From Patescibacteria group bacterium (GTDB lineage: Bacteria > Patescibacteriota > Microgenomatia > UBA10105 > UBA927), in NCBI GenBank assembly GCA_038063875.1, contig JBBTUH010000002.1:12530-76529 (forward strand): a stretch of DNA of 64,000 nucleotides. The letters run 5' to 3'. This document shows positions 10,411-20,745 of the stretch, piece after piece; position 1 is the stretch's first letter; each line of letters starts with the position of its first letter. The notes under the pieces were generated by a model. That model saw only the letters and a list, made by a program, of their open reading frames with translations, did no database searches and had not been told where the DNA came from. A program made the translations under genes and the position numbers.

Positions 10411-10429
10411 TTCACGTTTTGTCAAGCCC

Positions 10430-10716
10430 TCATTTCACGAAAAGCCCAAGCTACGATTCAGAAACTTGCCGAAGCACAAGAGGAATTAGGGAGTCATGAT
10501 ACCGAAAATGTAGCACGAGTTTACGGTGCACAAGGAGTTATTGGGATCATTACACGTAGTCGAGGTGGAAGAAGGGGTATGGAACAAACTCTGGCACAAA
10601 ATAGGAAGTTATTAGAAACCGAGCCTTACGCAACGATAGTCAAGAAACAACGTGAAGTAATACAATTGAGAAACATGCTTCCTAAAGAGGTCACCCGCGC
10701 CCTCAAGTGGGAGTAG
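10430..10716 (+). pseudogene. 5'-truncated or non-canonically started paralog of the two downstream hypothetical proteins
   Basis: Frame open from 10351 to 10716 with no ATG until 10579; translation ...KAQATIQKLAEAQEELGSHDTENV...RNMLPKEVTRALKWE* shares the C-terminal motif of the next two ORFs. Confidence 0.6.
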
Positions 10717-10721
10717 TTTAC

Positions 10722-10765
10722 AAAGTAGTCAACTTTGGAGCGATCGCAGAAAAGTTGACTACTTT
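10722..10765. repeat. Perfect 15-bp inverted repeat (terminator or operator)
   Basis: AAAGTAGTCAACTTT (10722-10736) / AAAGTTGACTACTTT (10751-10765); the 14-nt loop contains GCGATCGC. Confidence 0.8.
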
Positions 10766-10778
10766 CCTATCCACTACC

Positions 10779-10807
10779 TTGACAGGAGGAGTTGTGAGAG
10801 AGAGAAT
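10779..10807 (+). promoter_or_regulatory. Putative sigma70 promoter for 10823..11543
   Basis: TTGACA-17 nt-GAGAAT. Confidence 0.5.
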
Positions 10808-10822
10808 AAGCATCATTGAATT

Positions 10823-11203
10823 ATGACTGCAGTACCGCCTAGTGTAATCATGCGAGAAAGAATGCTTGAAGCGCGTGAAGCTACATATCCTCAAATGCGC
10901 AAGCATTTAATGGCTATAGCCAAAGCTGAACGGTGTATGCATCGATTTTCGTTTGATGCTGTCGCCGGTATAAAGGAGTTAAGAACAAAAATTGCTTCTT
11001 TGAGGCAATCACTTGAAGATCCGAGCTACCCATACCCTCATGTCGCTGATTTTGAGCTCGAACAAAAAAAACTTAGATTATATGTTGCGCGTCAATATGA
11101 CCCATCAACCGTTATAATAGACAATGCGCTACGTGCCCGCGAACGAGTGGAGCGGAAAATGCCAGAGTCAGCGCGTCGGGCGCTAAACTGGATAAAATCT
11201 TAA
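10823..11203 (+). CDS. Hypothetical helical protein (tandem paralog family)
   Basis: 126-aa ORF; aligns by eye with the downstream ORF; ends KMPESARRALNW. Confidence 0.75.
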   Translation: MTAVPPSVIMRERMLEAREATYPQMRKHLMAIAKAERCMHRFSFDAVAGIKELRTKIASLRQSLEDPSYPYPHVADFELEQKKLRLYVARQYDPSTVIIDNALRARERVERKMPESARRALNWIKS

Positions 11204-11207
11204 GCAT

Positions 11208-11543
11208 ATGGCAGCACGAAAACTTCCTGAACAGGTTCTTGTATGGGAAAAACAACTTAATGAAACCGGGTTGGGACACCTTGATGTTCGACGCGCTTTG
11301 CGGCAAGTTTCTGCCACTGAAAAACGTTTAAAGAAATTTTCACCCAATGACGTACAGACCTTCGTTGATTTAACAGCTCAAATGATTCAGTCACGCGGCT
11401 CAGGATTTGAACAGAGAACAAGACGGTTAACGGAAAAGCTGTCACAGAATAAGTATTCATCTATTCGTATGGCTTTTCATGATGTGAATAGAGCTAAGCA
11501 ATCACTTCCGGATCAGGTTCGAACAATCCTCGGATGGGCGTGA
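11208..11543 (+). CDS. Hypothetical helical protein (tandem paralog family)
   Basis: 111-aa ORF; ends SLPDQVRTILGW. Confidence 0.75.
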   Translation: MAARKLPEQVLVWEKQLNETGLGHLDVRRALRQVSATEKRLKKFSPNDVQTFVDLTAQMIQSRGSGFEQRTRRLTEKLSQNKYSSIRMAFHDVNRAKQSLPDQVRTILGWA

Positions 11544-11544
11544 C

Positions 11545-12012
11545 TTACTCTAGCTCAAAATCCTTGGAGAACTGGCTCCTTTTGTTGGAGGTATCGGTAA
11601 ATTCGAGTGCTACAGACACTGCAGTCACGCCCGCATCTGGTTTACAGACGTTTCGTGAGCACGTCCCGAGGTAGACTTCGCGTTCAAATTTGTCTTGTCC
11701 AGCAACGTCTACCGGCTTACTACCGGAATTGACACCCTTGATGAGCCCTTGGCTATCATAGGTCAACTCATACCCCACCGTGGCGTATTTAGATGCCAAC
11801 GCACTCACAGAAAGCACGACTGCATTTGCCTTGGATTTACTTTCGGTGACGGTAACGACAAGAGATGCATCCGCCTCTGGAAGCAATTCCTGCACTTCTT
11901 CTACCACTGGCACTGGTTCACTGGATGGTGCTACCATTTTGTACACCACGACACCGGTAATAAGAAGCAGTACTGCAAGACCGATGTACATAAACGTCAT
12001 TTTATTTTTCAT
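11545..12012 (-). CDS. Membrane-anchored hypothetical protein
   Basis: N-terminal TM, beta-rich domain with YELTY and LGTCSRNVC (Cys pair); overlaps the glyS stop. Confidence 0.8.
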   Translation of the reverse strand: MKNKMTFMYIGLAVLLLITGVVVYKMVAPSSEPVPVVEEVQELLPEADASLVVTVTESKSKANAVVLSVSALASKYATVGYELTYDSQGLIKGVNSGSKPVDVAGQDKFEREVYLGTCSRNVCKPDAGVTAVSVALEFTDTSNKRSQFSKDFELE

Positions 12013-13382
12013 AATTTGTTTTGAAAATACGCTGACAGATCACTGACAGCAATTCTTTCCTGCGTCATGGTATCTCTGTCACGCACTGTGACTGTACCAT
12101 CTTCTAGCGTAGCATAATCAATCGTTACACACCACGGCGTCCCCGCCTCATCTTGGGAGAGATAGCGCTTGCCTATATTTCCTCTATCATCCCACGCTAT
12201 GGTAAGCGATGACTTGAGGCTATCAAACACACTTTTAGCCTTCTCAACGAGCTCTGGTTTGTTGGCCACCAATGGAAATACTGCGACTTTATATGGCGCT
12301 AACGCGGGCTTGAGGTGAAGCACGGTACGCTTCTCATTTTTCTCATATGCATCAGAGAGCACCATCAGAAACATACGATTAATTCCTACTGCCGGCTCTA
12401 TCACATGCGGCATTACTTTGGTACCTGTCTTAGGATCTATGTAGGAGAGATCCACACCTGAGTGCTTAGACTGCACCGTAAGGTCGTAGTCCGTACGATA
12501 CGCGACACCCCACAATTCTTTCCATCCAAATGGGTACTGGTACTCGAGATCGTAGGTATCTTTGCTGTAGTGACTGCGTTCTTTGTCTGTATGCTGTCTC
12601 CAACGCAGATTATCGGATTTGACTCCCAAGGCTTTCACCACGAAGTCGTGCATATCCGTCCTCCATGCCTCAAAAAGCGTTTTCCAATCTGAAACATTCG
12701 GATCGAAGAAATATTCTATCTCTCCTTGTTCAAACTCAAGCGTGCGAAACACAAATTGTCCTGTGGTGATTTCATTGCGAAATGATTTTCCAATTTGCCC
12801 TACACCAAATGGCAGTGATACACGAGTGGAATCAAGAATATTTTTAAAATTGGTAAATATCCCTTGAGCGGTCTCTCCGCGCATGTAGAGAAGGGACTTT
12901 TCACCCTCTATCACTCCGAGTTTGGTTTCAAACAACAAATTAAATTTCTTCGGGCTCAAAAGCGGATTCTTGTCAGGACTTAAAATCATATGCTCTCCAA
13001 TAAACGCATCCATATCATCAAGCGTCATATCCTCAACTACCACTTGGACGTCTGTATGATCTTTAAGCCATGCTTCTATAAGATGATCAGCGCGATATCG
13101 CTTTTTGGTAACACTATCCTCGACTAGCGGGTCATTAAATGCTGCGACGTGTCCTGAAGCCACCCACGTTTGAGGATGCAAAAGAATTTGCGTATCCACA
13201 CCCACCATATCCGTGCGATTGTTCACAAACGTCTTCCACCACAGCGATTTGATATTGCGAAGTAATTCGACTCCTAATGGTCCGTAATCATACGAACTCA
13301 TCAGTCCCCCATAGATATCACTCGTGGGATACACAAACCCTCGGCGTTTACACAGACTATTTATTTCATCCAATGTTGGCAT
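12009..13382 (-). CDS. glyS: Glycine--tRNA ligase (homodimeric class II)
   Basis: CKRRGF, YDYGPLG, RGETAQGIF, GKSFRNEIT, FRTLEFEQ, PHVIEPAVG, anticodon domain with NIGKRY. Confidence 0.96.
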   Translation of the reverse strand: MPTLDEINSLCKRRGFVYPTSDIYGGLMSSYDYGPLGVELLRNIKSLWWKTFVNNRTDMVGVDTQILLHPQTWVASGHVAAFNDPLVEDSVTKKRYRADHLIEAWLKDHTDVQVVVEDMTLDDMDAFIGEHMILSPDKNPLLSPKKFNLLFETKLGVIEGEKSLLYMRGETAQGIFTNFKNILDSTRVSLPFGVGQIGKSFRNEITTGQFVFRTLEFEQGEIEYFFDPNVSDWKTLFEAWRTDMHDFVVKALGVKSDNLRWRQHTDKERSHYSKDTYDLEYQYPFGWKELWGVAYRTDYDLTVQSKHSGVDLSYIDPKTGTKVMPHVIEPAVGINRMFLMVLSDAYEKNEKRTVLHLKPALAPYKVAVFPLVANKPELVEKAKSVFDSLKSSLTIAWDDRGNIGKRYLSQDEAGTPWCVTIDYATLEDGTVTVRDRDTMTQERIAVSDLSAYFQNKL

Positions 13383-13394
13383 ATGTATAGTATA

Positions 13395-13961
13395 TCATGC
13401 AGCAAGACGACGGATAAGTTTTGCCGACTTTAATTTGCGTTCTGTAATGTCTTCTATAAATGACTCAAGTTTTTTGCCTTCCAACACCTGTCCCTTTGGC
13501 AAAAATCCTAATGCCCACAGAAGTTGTTGGGCAAATTCTCGACTGATTGTATACAACGAATTGCCAGAGGCTTTCCCTATAGCCTCAAACGCATGCATTA
13601 AAAGCGCATACACGTCCCTATGCTCCTGCTTCTCACCCATCAGGGTATCTATAAGTTCGCAAAGAAGGTACGCGACGCTGACGCGATCTAATTCGTTACG
13701 GATATTTGGATATGACTCTATGGAGAGTGTCTCTGTGATACTATCCATCGTCTTTCCTGTATAAACAAGGCACGTGAGCTTGGTAAACACCTCCAAATGC
13801 GGCGCACGCTTACTGGTAATTCTTCGTATACCCTTGGCCATCAGTCGCATCTTGCCAAACTCTTTGGAGAATACGGTCACGATACGATCTGCCTCTGCGT
13901 AATTTTTACGAGACAGTACGATCGCTTCAATAGAATACAATTTGTGGGAGGAGCGATACAT
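13395..13961 (-). CDS. recO: DNA repair protein RecO
   Basis: EAIVL...EADRIVTVFSKEFGK...AKGIRRITSKRAPHLE; start moved to the ATG at 13961 to avoid overlap. Confidence 0.93.
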   Translation of the reverse strand: MYRSSHKLYSIEAIVLSRKNYAEADRIVTVFSKEFGKMRLMAKGIRRITSKRAPHLEVFTKLTCLVYTGKTMDSITETLSIESYPNIRNELDRVSVAYLLCELIDTLMGEKQEHRDVYALLMHAFEAIGKASGNSLYTISREFAQQLLWALGFLPKGQVLEGKKLESFIEDITERKLKSAKLIRRLAA

Positions 13962-13962
13962 G

Positions 13963-15939
13963 TTACAGAATAATTTCTGTATCAGCATCCAAGATAAATT
14001 TTCGCTTATCTTTGCCGTTTTGCTTGATGAGCCACTCTTGACCATCAGTTCCTGCCTGTTTTTGGATAAGCAGTCTGTACTTGCCATCAGGTGACTTTAC
14101 CGGTGATGTGTATGTGAGCTCTAGACGTGCAGTTCCCATAGGATTGACGATCAAGAATCCCTCAAAGTAGGTCTTTGAAAGATCAGAGAACGTATCCATG
14201 GTACTTGCTTTATTATCTTTCGGCGACTGCACACCTTTACTCTCAATGAGAGTACTTCCAGCTGGTGCGTATATCCGAACCCAATTACGAAGCGGTGCGT
14301 TAAGACAAAGTCCACCACTCTCCAAGCCGCAGTCACTGCCTTGGTATGGATTTTTATAATCGACAGACAATTTGGTAGTCACTGTACTATCAGCATTGAC
14401 CGTAATGTCTTTGGTTATTTTTTCCTTCACAAACATATTTGACTTAGCTCCAGCCATATTACTGTTGTTGACGTGTATATAGTCCCACCCATTTCCCTCT
14501 TGGTACTTGAGGGTGCTTGCGATATTCTCACCTGTCATAATGCGACCCGCCATGTTGAAGCTCTCTGCTGCAAGTTGTGTGGATTCATCATGGAAGTACG
14601 TCAACATATGCTTCTGATTTATTTCTGAGAGTAACATCTGGAAAAGCTTCCCCCAGTACTGTGACGGTGATACACCCAATGCTTTTTGCATCAGAAGCTG
14701 CATGAGAGTACCTATGACATCTTTTCTAGCTGTACGCACGTATCCTACAGGACGCGTAGAATAATCCTCTAACTCGTAGACAGCTCTCGGGCAATCACAG
14801 CGCTTATCGATATCTGCCGAAAATACCCGTCCACCGATAGTCTCAGGACCCAATATCTTTAACGCCTCGACCAACACATGCGTATCAAGTGCGATGATGC
14901 CATCAAATTTTTCTGCTCCTGCCGCTGAGTCGTACATCTTTTCAAATTGCTGCATAGAAATCTTGAAGTCAGGACTCAAATTACTGTCTCGTATATGGAG
15001 CTGATAGACCCCTTTATGAAAGGTGAGAATCTCTCGCGGTGCTTCAAATTTCTTTTTCAGAGCACTGTCGAGAGAATAAATGTCATCGGATAATTCAAGG
15101 ACGATCTTGCCTTTTTCAAATCGAAACTGCGCATACGCAGTGAGAAACCCACCCGTGGATCGTAATTCTTTATCATTCTGAAAAAGGATAAGATACCGCT
15201 TCATCTCTGGTTCACCGAGCATGCTTGGCAAATTCTTAAGAAGCGGCTGCGCGTTGACGAAAAGATTCGCTGCATTATCTATCACTTCCTTACCGGCAAT
15301 GAGCTTTTCTCGAATTACTGTTTTACCAATCTGCTTTGGATACCTATTGGGATCGATTTGATCGATTTCTTTACGCATCAGATCAACGGCTGTCGCCATC
15401 TCATTTATTTTTGGCGTGAGGGCACTCATGGTCTTGACGGCAACCTGTATACGTTGGTCAGCTGATCCTTGTACAAACTTACTGCCACCCGTAAACCCTA
15501 AAAGGTCTGCATTTGGCTCTAATGCCTCTATAGCTCGATCTGCCGCATCAAGCGCTGCAAGTCCCGCGTTGACGGCGTGTAACCCATCATTTATATATGC
15601 GCCTAAGAATGGAATATATGAGAGAGGCTTGACCTTCGCGTATTCTTTCGATAACTCTGTTACTTTTACGCGAGTCTTTGCTAATCCATCTTTCGTGGCA
15701 GCCAAATCCTGATTTTTGAGTGCGTCTGCAGTTTGGCGAGCGATAGGGAGTGCTTCATTAGCTTTTGTGATGACGCCGCGAAGTGGCAACAACATGATGC
15801 CAATGATTGCGATAAAAATAACGATGACTAGAAATGGAATACCTACATACTTCCACTGAAATGTGCGTTTTTTTGCCGCAGGAGGAGGGACTTGATCAGG
15901 GAGGGTGTCTACTGAAATTTTCTTAAGTTCTTCGGACAT
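13963..15939 (-). CDS. DUF4012-type membrane-anchored extracellular protein
   Basis: TM plus coiled coil, YLILFQNDKELRSTGGF, RDSNLSPDF, KSN, QKQAG; this family is often next to polysaccharide loci. Confidence 0.85.
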   Translation of the reverse strand: MSEELKKISVDTLPDQVPPPAAKKRTFQWKYVGIPFLVIVIFIAIIGIMLLPLRGVITKANEALPIARQTADALKNQDLAATKDGLAKTRVKVTELSKEYAKVKPLSYIPFLGAYINDGLHAVNAGLAALDAADRAIEALEPNADLLGFTGGSKFVQGSADQRIQVAVKTMSALTPKINEMATAVDLMRKEIDQIDPNRYPKQIGKTVIREKLIAGKEVIDNAANLFVNAQPLLKNLPSMLGEPEMKRYLILFQNDKELRSTGGFLTAYAQFRFEKGKIVLELSDDIYSLDSALKKKFEAPREILTFHKGVYQLHIRDSNLSPDFKISMQQFEKMYDSAAGAEKFDGIIALDTHVLVEALKILGPETIGGRVFSADIDKRCDCPRAVYELEDYSTRPVGYVRTARKDVIGTLMQLLMQKALGVSPSQYWGKLFQMLLSEINQKHMLTYFHDESTQLAAESFNMAGRIMTGENIASTLKYQEGNGWDYIHVNNSNMAGAKSNMFVKEKITKDITVNADSTVTTKLSVDYKNPYQGSDCGLESGGLCLNAPLRNWVRIYAPAGSTLIESKGVQSPKDNKASTMDTFSDLSKTYFEGFLIVNPMGTARLELTYTSPVKSPDGKYRLLIQKQAGTDGQEWLIKQNGKDKRKFILDADTEIIL

Positions 15940-15985
15940 ACAATCTATTGTTTCGGAAATTGGGTATGTTTGTCAATACAAACCA

Positions 15986-16624
15986 TTACACTGCCCCCTT
16001 GCCGTAGATCATCGCCCACGGGCTTTTCAGTATTATGATGATATCAAGAAGCAGAGACCCTCGCTGTACATAATCAGCATCAAGCTTGATGCGTTTGTCA
16101 AAGTTTACCTCACTTCGTCCTGACACCTGCCAGTATCCAGTGATCCCAGGGCGCGCTGAAAGCACTACTTTTACCAACTCTCTGGTGTGTGGATACTTTC
16201 TTTGCTGCTCTATAAGCTCGTCAGGATAATAGGGTCTGGGGCCTACTAAACTCATATCACCTTTAAGGACATTTAAGAATTGTGGAATCTCATCGAGTGA
16301 ATGTTTGCGGATAAATTTGCCAACAGTGGTCACCCGAGGATCCTCAAGCAATTTGTAACTGTTTCGCTTGTACTCTTGATACAGCGCCTTTAGTGTCGGA
16401 TCTGTACGTAACTTCTCATGCGCATTGACGATCATTGATCGAAATTTTAGAAGTTTAAACGGTCTCCCATCTTTGCCGACGCGCTCAGGCGTGTCAGCAA
16501 ATATAGGTCCCGGTGAATCAAGTGTGATGGCAATTGCCACGAGAATACTTATAGGCAAGAAAAAAACAAAAAGGATCACACTGCCAACCAAATCTATACA
16601 CCGCTTAAAAATGGAATACCACAT
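15986..16624 (-). CDS. Priming undecaprenyl-phosphate sugar-phosphotransferase (Bac_transf)
   Basis: [52 protein letters not shown]. Confidence 0.95.
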   Translation of the reverse strand: MWYSIFKRCIDLVGSVILFVFFLPISILVAIAITLDSPGPIFADTPERVGKDGRPFKLLKFRSMIVNAHEKLRTDPTLKALYQEYKRNSYKLLEDPRVTTVGKFIRKHSLDEIPQFLNVLKGDMSLVGPRPYYPDELIEQQRKYPHTRELVKVVLSARPGITGYWQVSGRSEVNFDKRIKLDADYVQRGSLLLDIIIILKSPWAMIYGKGAV

Positions 16625-16630
16625 AAAGTT

Positions 16631-17713
16631 TTAGGTGAGGTGATCGTTGTCAGTCCCCTGCATAGACTCTACAAGTTTTTTGACTTTCGGTACTGATGTT
16701 TTTTTACAGATCAACAAAACGTCTTTGGTGTTGACAACCATTATGCCATCCAGATCAATGGTCGCTACAAGCTGATCGGTATAATTGTACACTAATGAAT
16801 CCTGAACATCTGTAAGCATAACATTGCCTTGCGTCACATTCTTATCATCACTGGTTTCCAACGACTCCTTGAGCGCTTCCCACGCACCGATATCACTCCA
16901 CTCTATGTTTTCCGTAACGACCAGTGAATCTTTTACGTTCATTTTCTCCAAAATTGCATTATCAAAACTTATTTTCTCTAGCGTCGGGTATACGTGGCTT
17001 AATACCGTTTCAAACTCTTTTGTCCCATACGTATTGGCGATTTTCTGTATGCCAGAAGCCAAATTTGGTGCAAACTTTTGATATTGTTTCCACAAAAATG
17101 CTGGCGTGGTCACGAAGTACCCCAAATTCCATGCATGATGCCCGCTGACAAAATATTTTTGTGCGGTCTCTACATCTGGTCGATATTGATAATCTTCAAG
17201 TGAATGAAACGATACGCCATTATGCTCTTCTATTTTCTTGCCATACGATATCCAACCCAAATTTTCGCTAGCAAATCTAGGCTTTTGTGATACAAACACT
17301 ATTTTTTGCGGATCTTTGGATATAACCTCTCCTGCCGTGATAAGAAGTTTACGAAACAATTCTTCCTTTTTGACCAAATGATCGCTCCAGAGAATCACCA
17401 TGGGCTCCAGAGGGCTTTCTTTCAAAAGAATTGCAGACATCAGCCCTACTGCTGGCCCCACATCCCTCACTTGCGGCTCTCCAATCACGTGGGTAGAGGC
17501 TACATGGGGAAGTTGTTTTTTCACAAGCTCTACATACTGCTTTCCCGTCGATATGTACACATCACTCCATAAAAAATCAGGTTGCAGCCGTGACGCAGCA
17601 AGCTGCAACGTAGATTGATCTCCAACTATTTTTTCAAATTGCTTGGGAGATTTCTTCCGTGATAATGGCCATAACCTCGTGCCCACGCCGCCCGCAAATA
17701 TTATCGCTTTCAT
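16631..17713 (-). CDS. manC: Mannose-1-phosphate guanylyltransferase
   Basis: AGGVGTRLWPLSR..PKQF, SDH, ISFDNAILEK, WSDIGAW. Confidence 0.9.
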   Translation of the reverse strand: MKAIIFAGGVGTRLWPLSRKKSPKQFEKIVGDQSTLQLAASRLQPDFLWSDVYISTGKQYVELVKKQLPHVASTHVIGEPQVRDVGPAVGLMSAILLKESPLEPMVILWSDHLVKKEELFRKLLITAGEVISKDPQKIVFVSQKPRFASENLGWISYGKKIEEHNGVSFHSLEDYQYRPDVETAQKYFVSGHHAWNLGYFVTTPAFLWKQYQKFAPNLASGIQKIANTYGTKEFETVLSHVYPTLEKISFDNAILEKMNVKDSLVVTENIEWSDIGAWEALKESLETSDDKNVTQGNVMLTDVQDSLVYNYTDQLVATIDLDGIMVVNTKDVLLICKKTSVPKVKKLVESMQGTDNDHLT

Positions 17714-17721
17714 AAAAATTC

Positions 17722-18801
17722 CTACCTTTCAGAAACTATACGCATCAGAGTATCGCTCATTTTTTGCTTAAAGTGCTCTTTTGAAAATTGTGCTGCCTGA
17801 TTTTTACAATCTATGGATAGGATACGTGCCATATCAAATTTTTTGATAGCCTGCTTTATAGATTCCACAGACTGCTCCTCAAATAGTATACCAGTCTTTA
17901 GGTCTATAACACTTTCTGACACGCCACTATGTTTATACGCGATAACTGCTTTCCCTCGCGCTTGTGCTTCTACTGCTGCTATACCAAAGTCTTCGTCAGC
18001 CGCATACAGAAACGCACGACAGTTGTCATAATACGAAACCAACTCTTTCTCTGTCAAATGATGTGTCACAAACGTTATGGTATTTCCTGCTATTTTTTGT
18101 AACATAGGCAACTCTCTCCCGCTCCCAACGACCACCAAGGGGACCTGTAACTGATTACACGCGCGGATAAGTAAATCAACGCGTTTATACGAAACAAGGC
18201 GCGAAACTGTCAAAAAATAATCACCAGAAACAAATTGCTTGGCAGGACTAATTTCTACTGGCGGATAGATTACAGCCATAGTTTTTCTATGATAATATTT
18301 TTCAATTCTCGCTTTCACGCGATTTGAGATTGCAATATATGCATCCGGCCTATGTGAGGCTATCAAATCCCAATGTTTTAAAATAGGTGCCCATTTTTTC
18401 AAAAAAAATCCTAATACGGGCATTCGTACATACTGCTCATACCCACTCCATAAATATCTCGTTGGGGTAAGACAATAACATATATGATATGTCTGCGGTT
18501 TCGTAATAATATTCTTAGCTTCCGCAGACGTTACAGAAATCACAAGATCGAACTGATCAAAAGTAAATTGCTCAAAGGCAAACGGTGTCAACATTGGTAA
18601 CACTTCATGAAATGAAGAGGCAAATGGAAGGTTGTTTAAAAACGAGGGTCGCACGCTAAATACCTCAGCCCATCCTGCTTTTTTAGCATTGTATACGGCA
18701 GTATAGAGAGGCGCATCCGGATACAGCTCATGAAGCGCCATAAGCACCCGTTCAGCTCCACCATACTTATTTACCCGATCATATACGAGTGCAACTCTCA
18801 T
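17722..18801 (-). CDS. GT4 glycosyltransferase (WbaZ-like mannosyltransferase)
   Basis: GGAERV, YCLTPTRYLW, SRLVSYKRVDL, EDFGIAAVEAQA. Confidence 0.9.
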   Translation of the reverse strand: MRVALVYDRVNKYGGAERVLMALHELYPDAPLYTAVYNAKKAGWAEVFSVRPSFLNNLPFASSFHEVLPMLTPFAFEQFTFDQFDLVISVTSAEAKNIITKPQTYHICYCLTPTRYLWSGYEQYVRMPVLGFFLKKWAPILKHWDLIASHRPDAYIAISNRVKARIEKYYHRKTMAVIYPPVEISPAKQFVSGDYFLTVSRLVSYKRVDLLIRACNQLQVPLVVVGSGRELPMLQKIAGNTITFVTHHLTEKELVSYYDNCRAFLYAADEDFGIAAVEAQARGKAVIAYKHSGVSESVIDLKTGILFEEQSVESIKQAIKKFDMARILSIDCKNQAAQFSKEHFKQKMSDTLMRIVSER

Positions 18802-19861
18802 AAAGCTTTAACGTTTTCTTTGCCATATCATGCCAATCATATTTTTTCAAAAATGATGTCATCTTTTGAGGTGAAATTTGATGATCGCTTTTTTTCCACG
18901 CAAAAAGAAGAGTGGCAAGATGCTTACTGTCGCTTGATGGAAAATACGTAACCATATCCTGAAGTATTTCTTTATGCACAGGAATATTTGACGCGATAAC
19001 GGGACACCCGAAAGAAAGTGCTTCAAGGGGCGGCAGCCCGAAACCCTCCATCAGGGAAGGAAACAAAAGTGCCTGCGCGTATGTATACAAACAGACAAGC
19101 GTCGCATCATCCGCTGCTCCAAAGAAAACTACTCGTGACGACAATCCTCGCGTGATAATCTGTGCGTGCAAACGTTTGTAAAAAAAATCTTCCTTCCCGA
19201 CAAATACTATTTTCGCTTTTGATTTGAAATGAGAAAGAGCGTCAATAACGACAGCAAGATTTTTGTGAGGGTACGCATTTCCTACGTACAAAAAATACGG
19301 AAAAGAAAACAGTGGGCCTGTTTTTTTATTTTCTAAATTCACCCCTTCATATGTCACGGTTATTTTGTCGCCTGCAATTCCATAGTGTTCTTGAATTTCA
19401 TTCTTGGTGGCGTTTGATGGAACGATGATATGTCGTACTTTCTTAATACCTATGGATACAATTACACCATATAAAAATCTTTTCACCTTGTACATCAACC
19501 ATGGACCTGTAGAAGCTTTTCCGGTATCAAAGTGTTTTATTGTGAGATCATGAATCGTCACAATCATCGCTCCGTTATAAAAAATTGGTATATTAAAGTA
19601 TGGAATATGTACAACATCCAAACGCTCTATAGCAAACAAAAACGGCATCACACACTGCTCGAAAACAGTGTGCCATCGGACATTAGCGCGCACCTTTTTC
19701 CATCGAGCGTTGGGAACAATAAAATTGTTAAATCCTGTCCGATATAAAAAAACAACGTATTCATTCTGGTCATCAAGTACTATGAGTTGCCGTATAAGAT
19801 TACGGATATACCGTCCGACACCAGTCTCATCTATAAGGCGCGCGTCTATGCCTATTTTCAT
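18779..19861 (-). CDS. GT4 glycosyltransferase (MtfB-like)
   Basis: IGIDAR, GVGRY, TIHDL, GNAYPHKN, EGFGLPPLEA. Confidence 0.92.
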   Translation of the reverse strand: MKIGIDARLIDETGVGRYIRNLIRQLIVLDDQNEYVVFLYRTGFNNFIVPNARWKKVRANVRWHTVFEQCVMPFLFAIERLDVVHIPYFNIPIFYNGAMIVTIHDLTIKHFDTGKASTGPWLMYKVKRFLYGVIVSIGIKKVRHIIVPSNATKNEIQEHYGIAGDKITVTYEGVNLENKKTGPLFSFPYFLYVGNAYPHKNLAVVIDALSHFKSKAKIVFVGKEDFFYKRLHAQIITRGLSSRVVFFGAADDATLVCLYTYAQALLFPSLMEGFGLPPLEALSFGCPVIASNIPVHKEILQDMVTYFPSSDSKHLATLLFAWKKSDHQISPQKMTSFLKKYDWHDMAKKTLKLYESCTRI

Positions 19862-20745
19862 ATCCCGATTCTCTCCAATAAAAATATACGAATAGTATAA
19901 AAATCATCTACCATCATCGTAATCCACCACGGATATATTTTTTTATAGTGCTTTTTGTAAAACAACCAGTTATATCTATGAAAATATACTTCTGTAACGT
20001 TTCGCCTTTTTTTGAGAATGTTGTCTCTTCCACTTTGCTTCTTGCGATGCAGTATCGACGTTTGCGGATTAAACATGATCTTCCAATCAGCTTTTTTTAT
20101 CCGATAACACCAATCAATGTCCTCACCATACATAAAATAATCCTCATCCAGAAGTCCTACGTGTTCTATAACCTCACGCCTCACCATAAAAAACGCACCG
20201 ACGATACAATCTACCTCGTGAATAGTTTCTAAACCTTTATATCCTTGGTGATATTGTCCAAATATTGTTGACGTAGGGAACAATTTTTCAAGCTTCAACA
20301 AATACGTCAAGGATGCCCATGGTGTCGGAAATCCTCTATGACACGAAGGATCCAAGTCCCCTGATGGTAATAACACCTTGCACGTTGAGACGCCCACATC
20401 ATGATGCGCATCCATATATGAGATCATGGAAAAAAATGTCGTCTCACGCACTTCTGTATCTGAATTTAATAGTAAAATATATCTGCCTTTGGATTTTTTG
20501 ATCCCTGAGTTATTCCCTGCTGCAAAACCTATATTTTTTCCATTTTGTATACGTATAACTTCGGGGAATTCTTTCGAGACCATCTCAAGACTTCCGTCAT
20601 CTGATGCGTTATCACATACGATGACTTCCATTGTGTAATCTCCAAGCAACGAAGCAAAGACTGTAGATAAACACGCACGCAACAGCTCCTTTGTGTTATA
20701 CGAAAGTATGATGACAGAAAGATCGACCTTATCGTTTTTTTTCAT
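19858..20745 (-). CDS. GT2 glycosyltransferase (WbbL/rhamnosyltransferase-like)
   Basis: DNASDDG, NIGFAAGNN, LLNSDT, FMYGEDIDWC. Confidence 0.92.
   Translation of the reverse strand: MKKNDKVDLSVIILSYNTKELLRACLSTVFASLLGDYTMEVIVCDNASDDGSLEMVSKEFPEVIRIQNGKNIGFAAGNNSGIKKSKGRYILLLNSDTEVRETTFFSMISYMDAHHDVGVSTCKVLLPSGDLDPSCHRGFPTPWASLTYLLKLEKLFPTSTIFGQYHQGYKGLETIHEVDCIVGAFFMVRREVIEHVGLLDEDYFMYGEDIDWCYRIKKADWKIMFNPQTSILHRKKQSGRDNILKKRRNVTEVYFHRYNWLFYKKHYKKIYPWWITMMVDDFYTIRIFLLERIGI

Noticed and set aside
13962-14087. N-terminal extension of RecO in the ORF track
   Set aside because: It overlaps the DUF4012 gene; RecO homology begins at the ATG at 13961.
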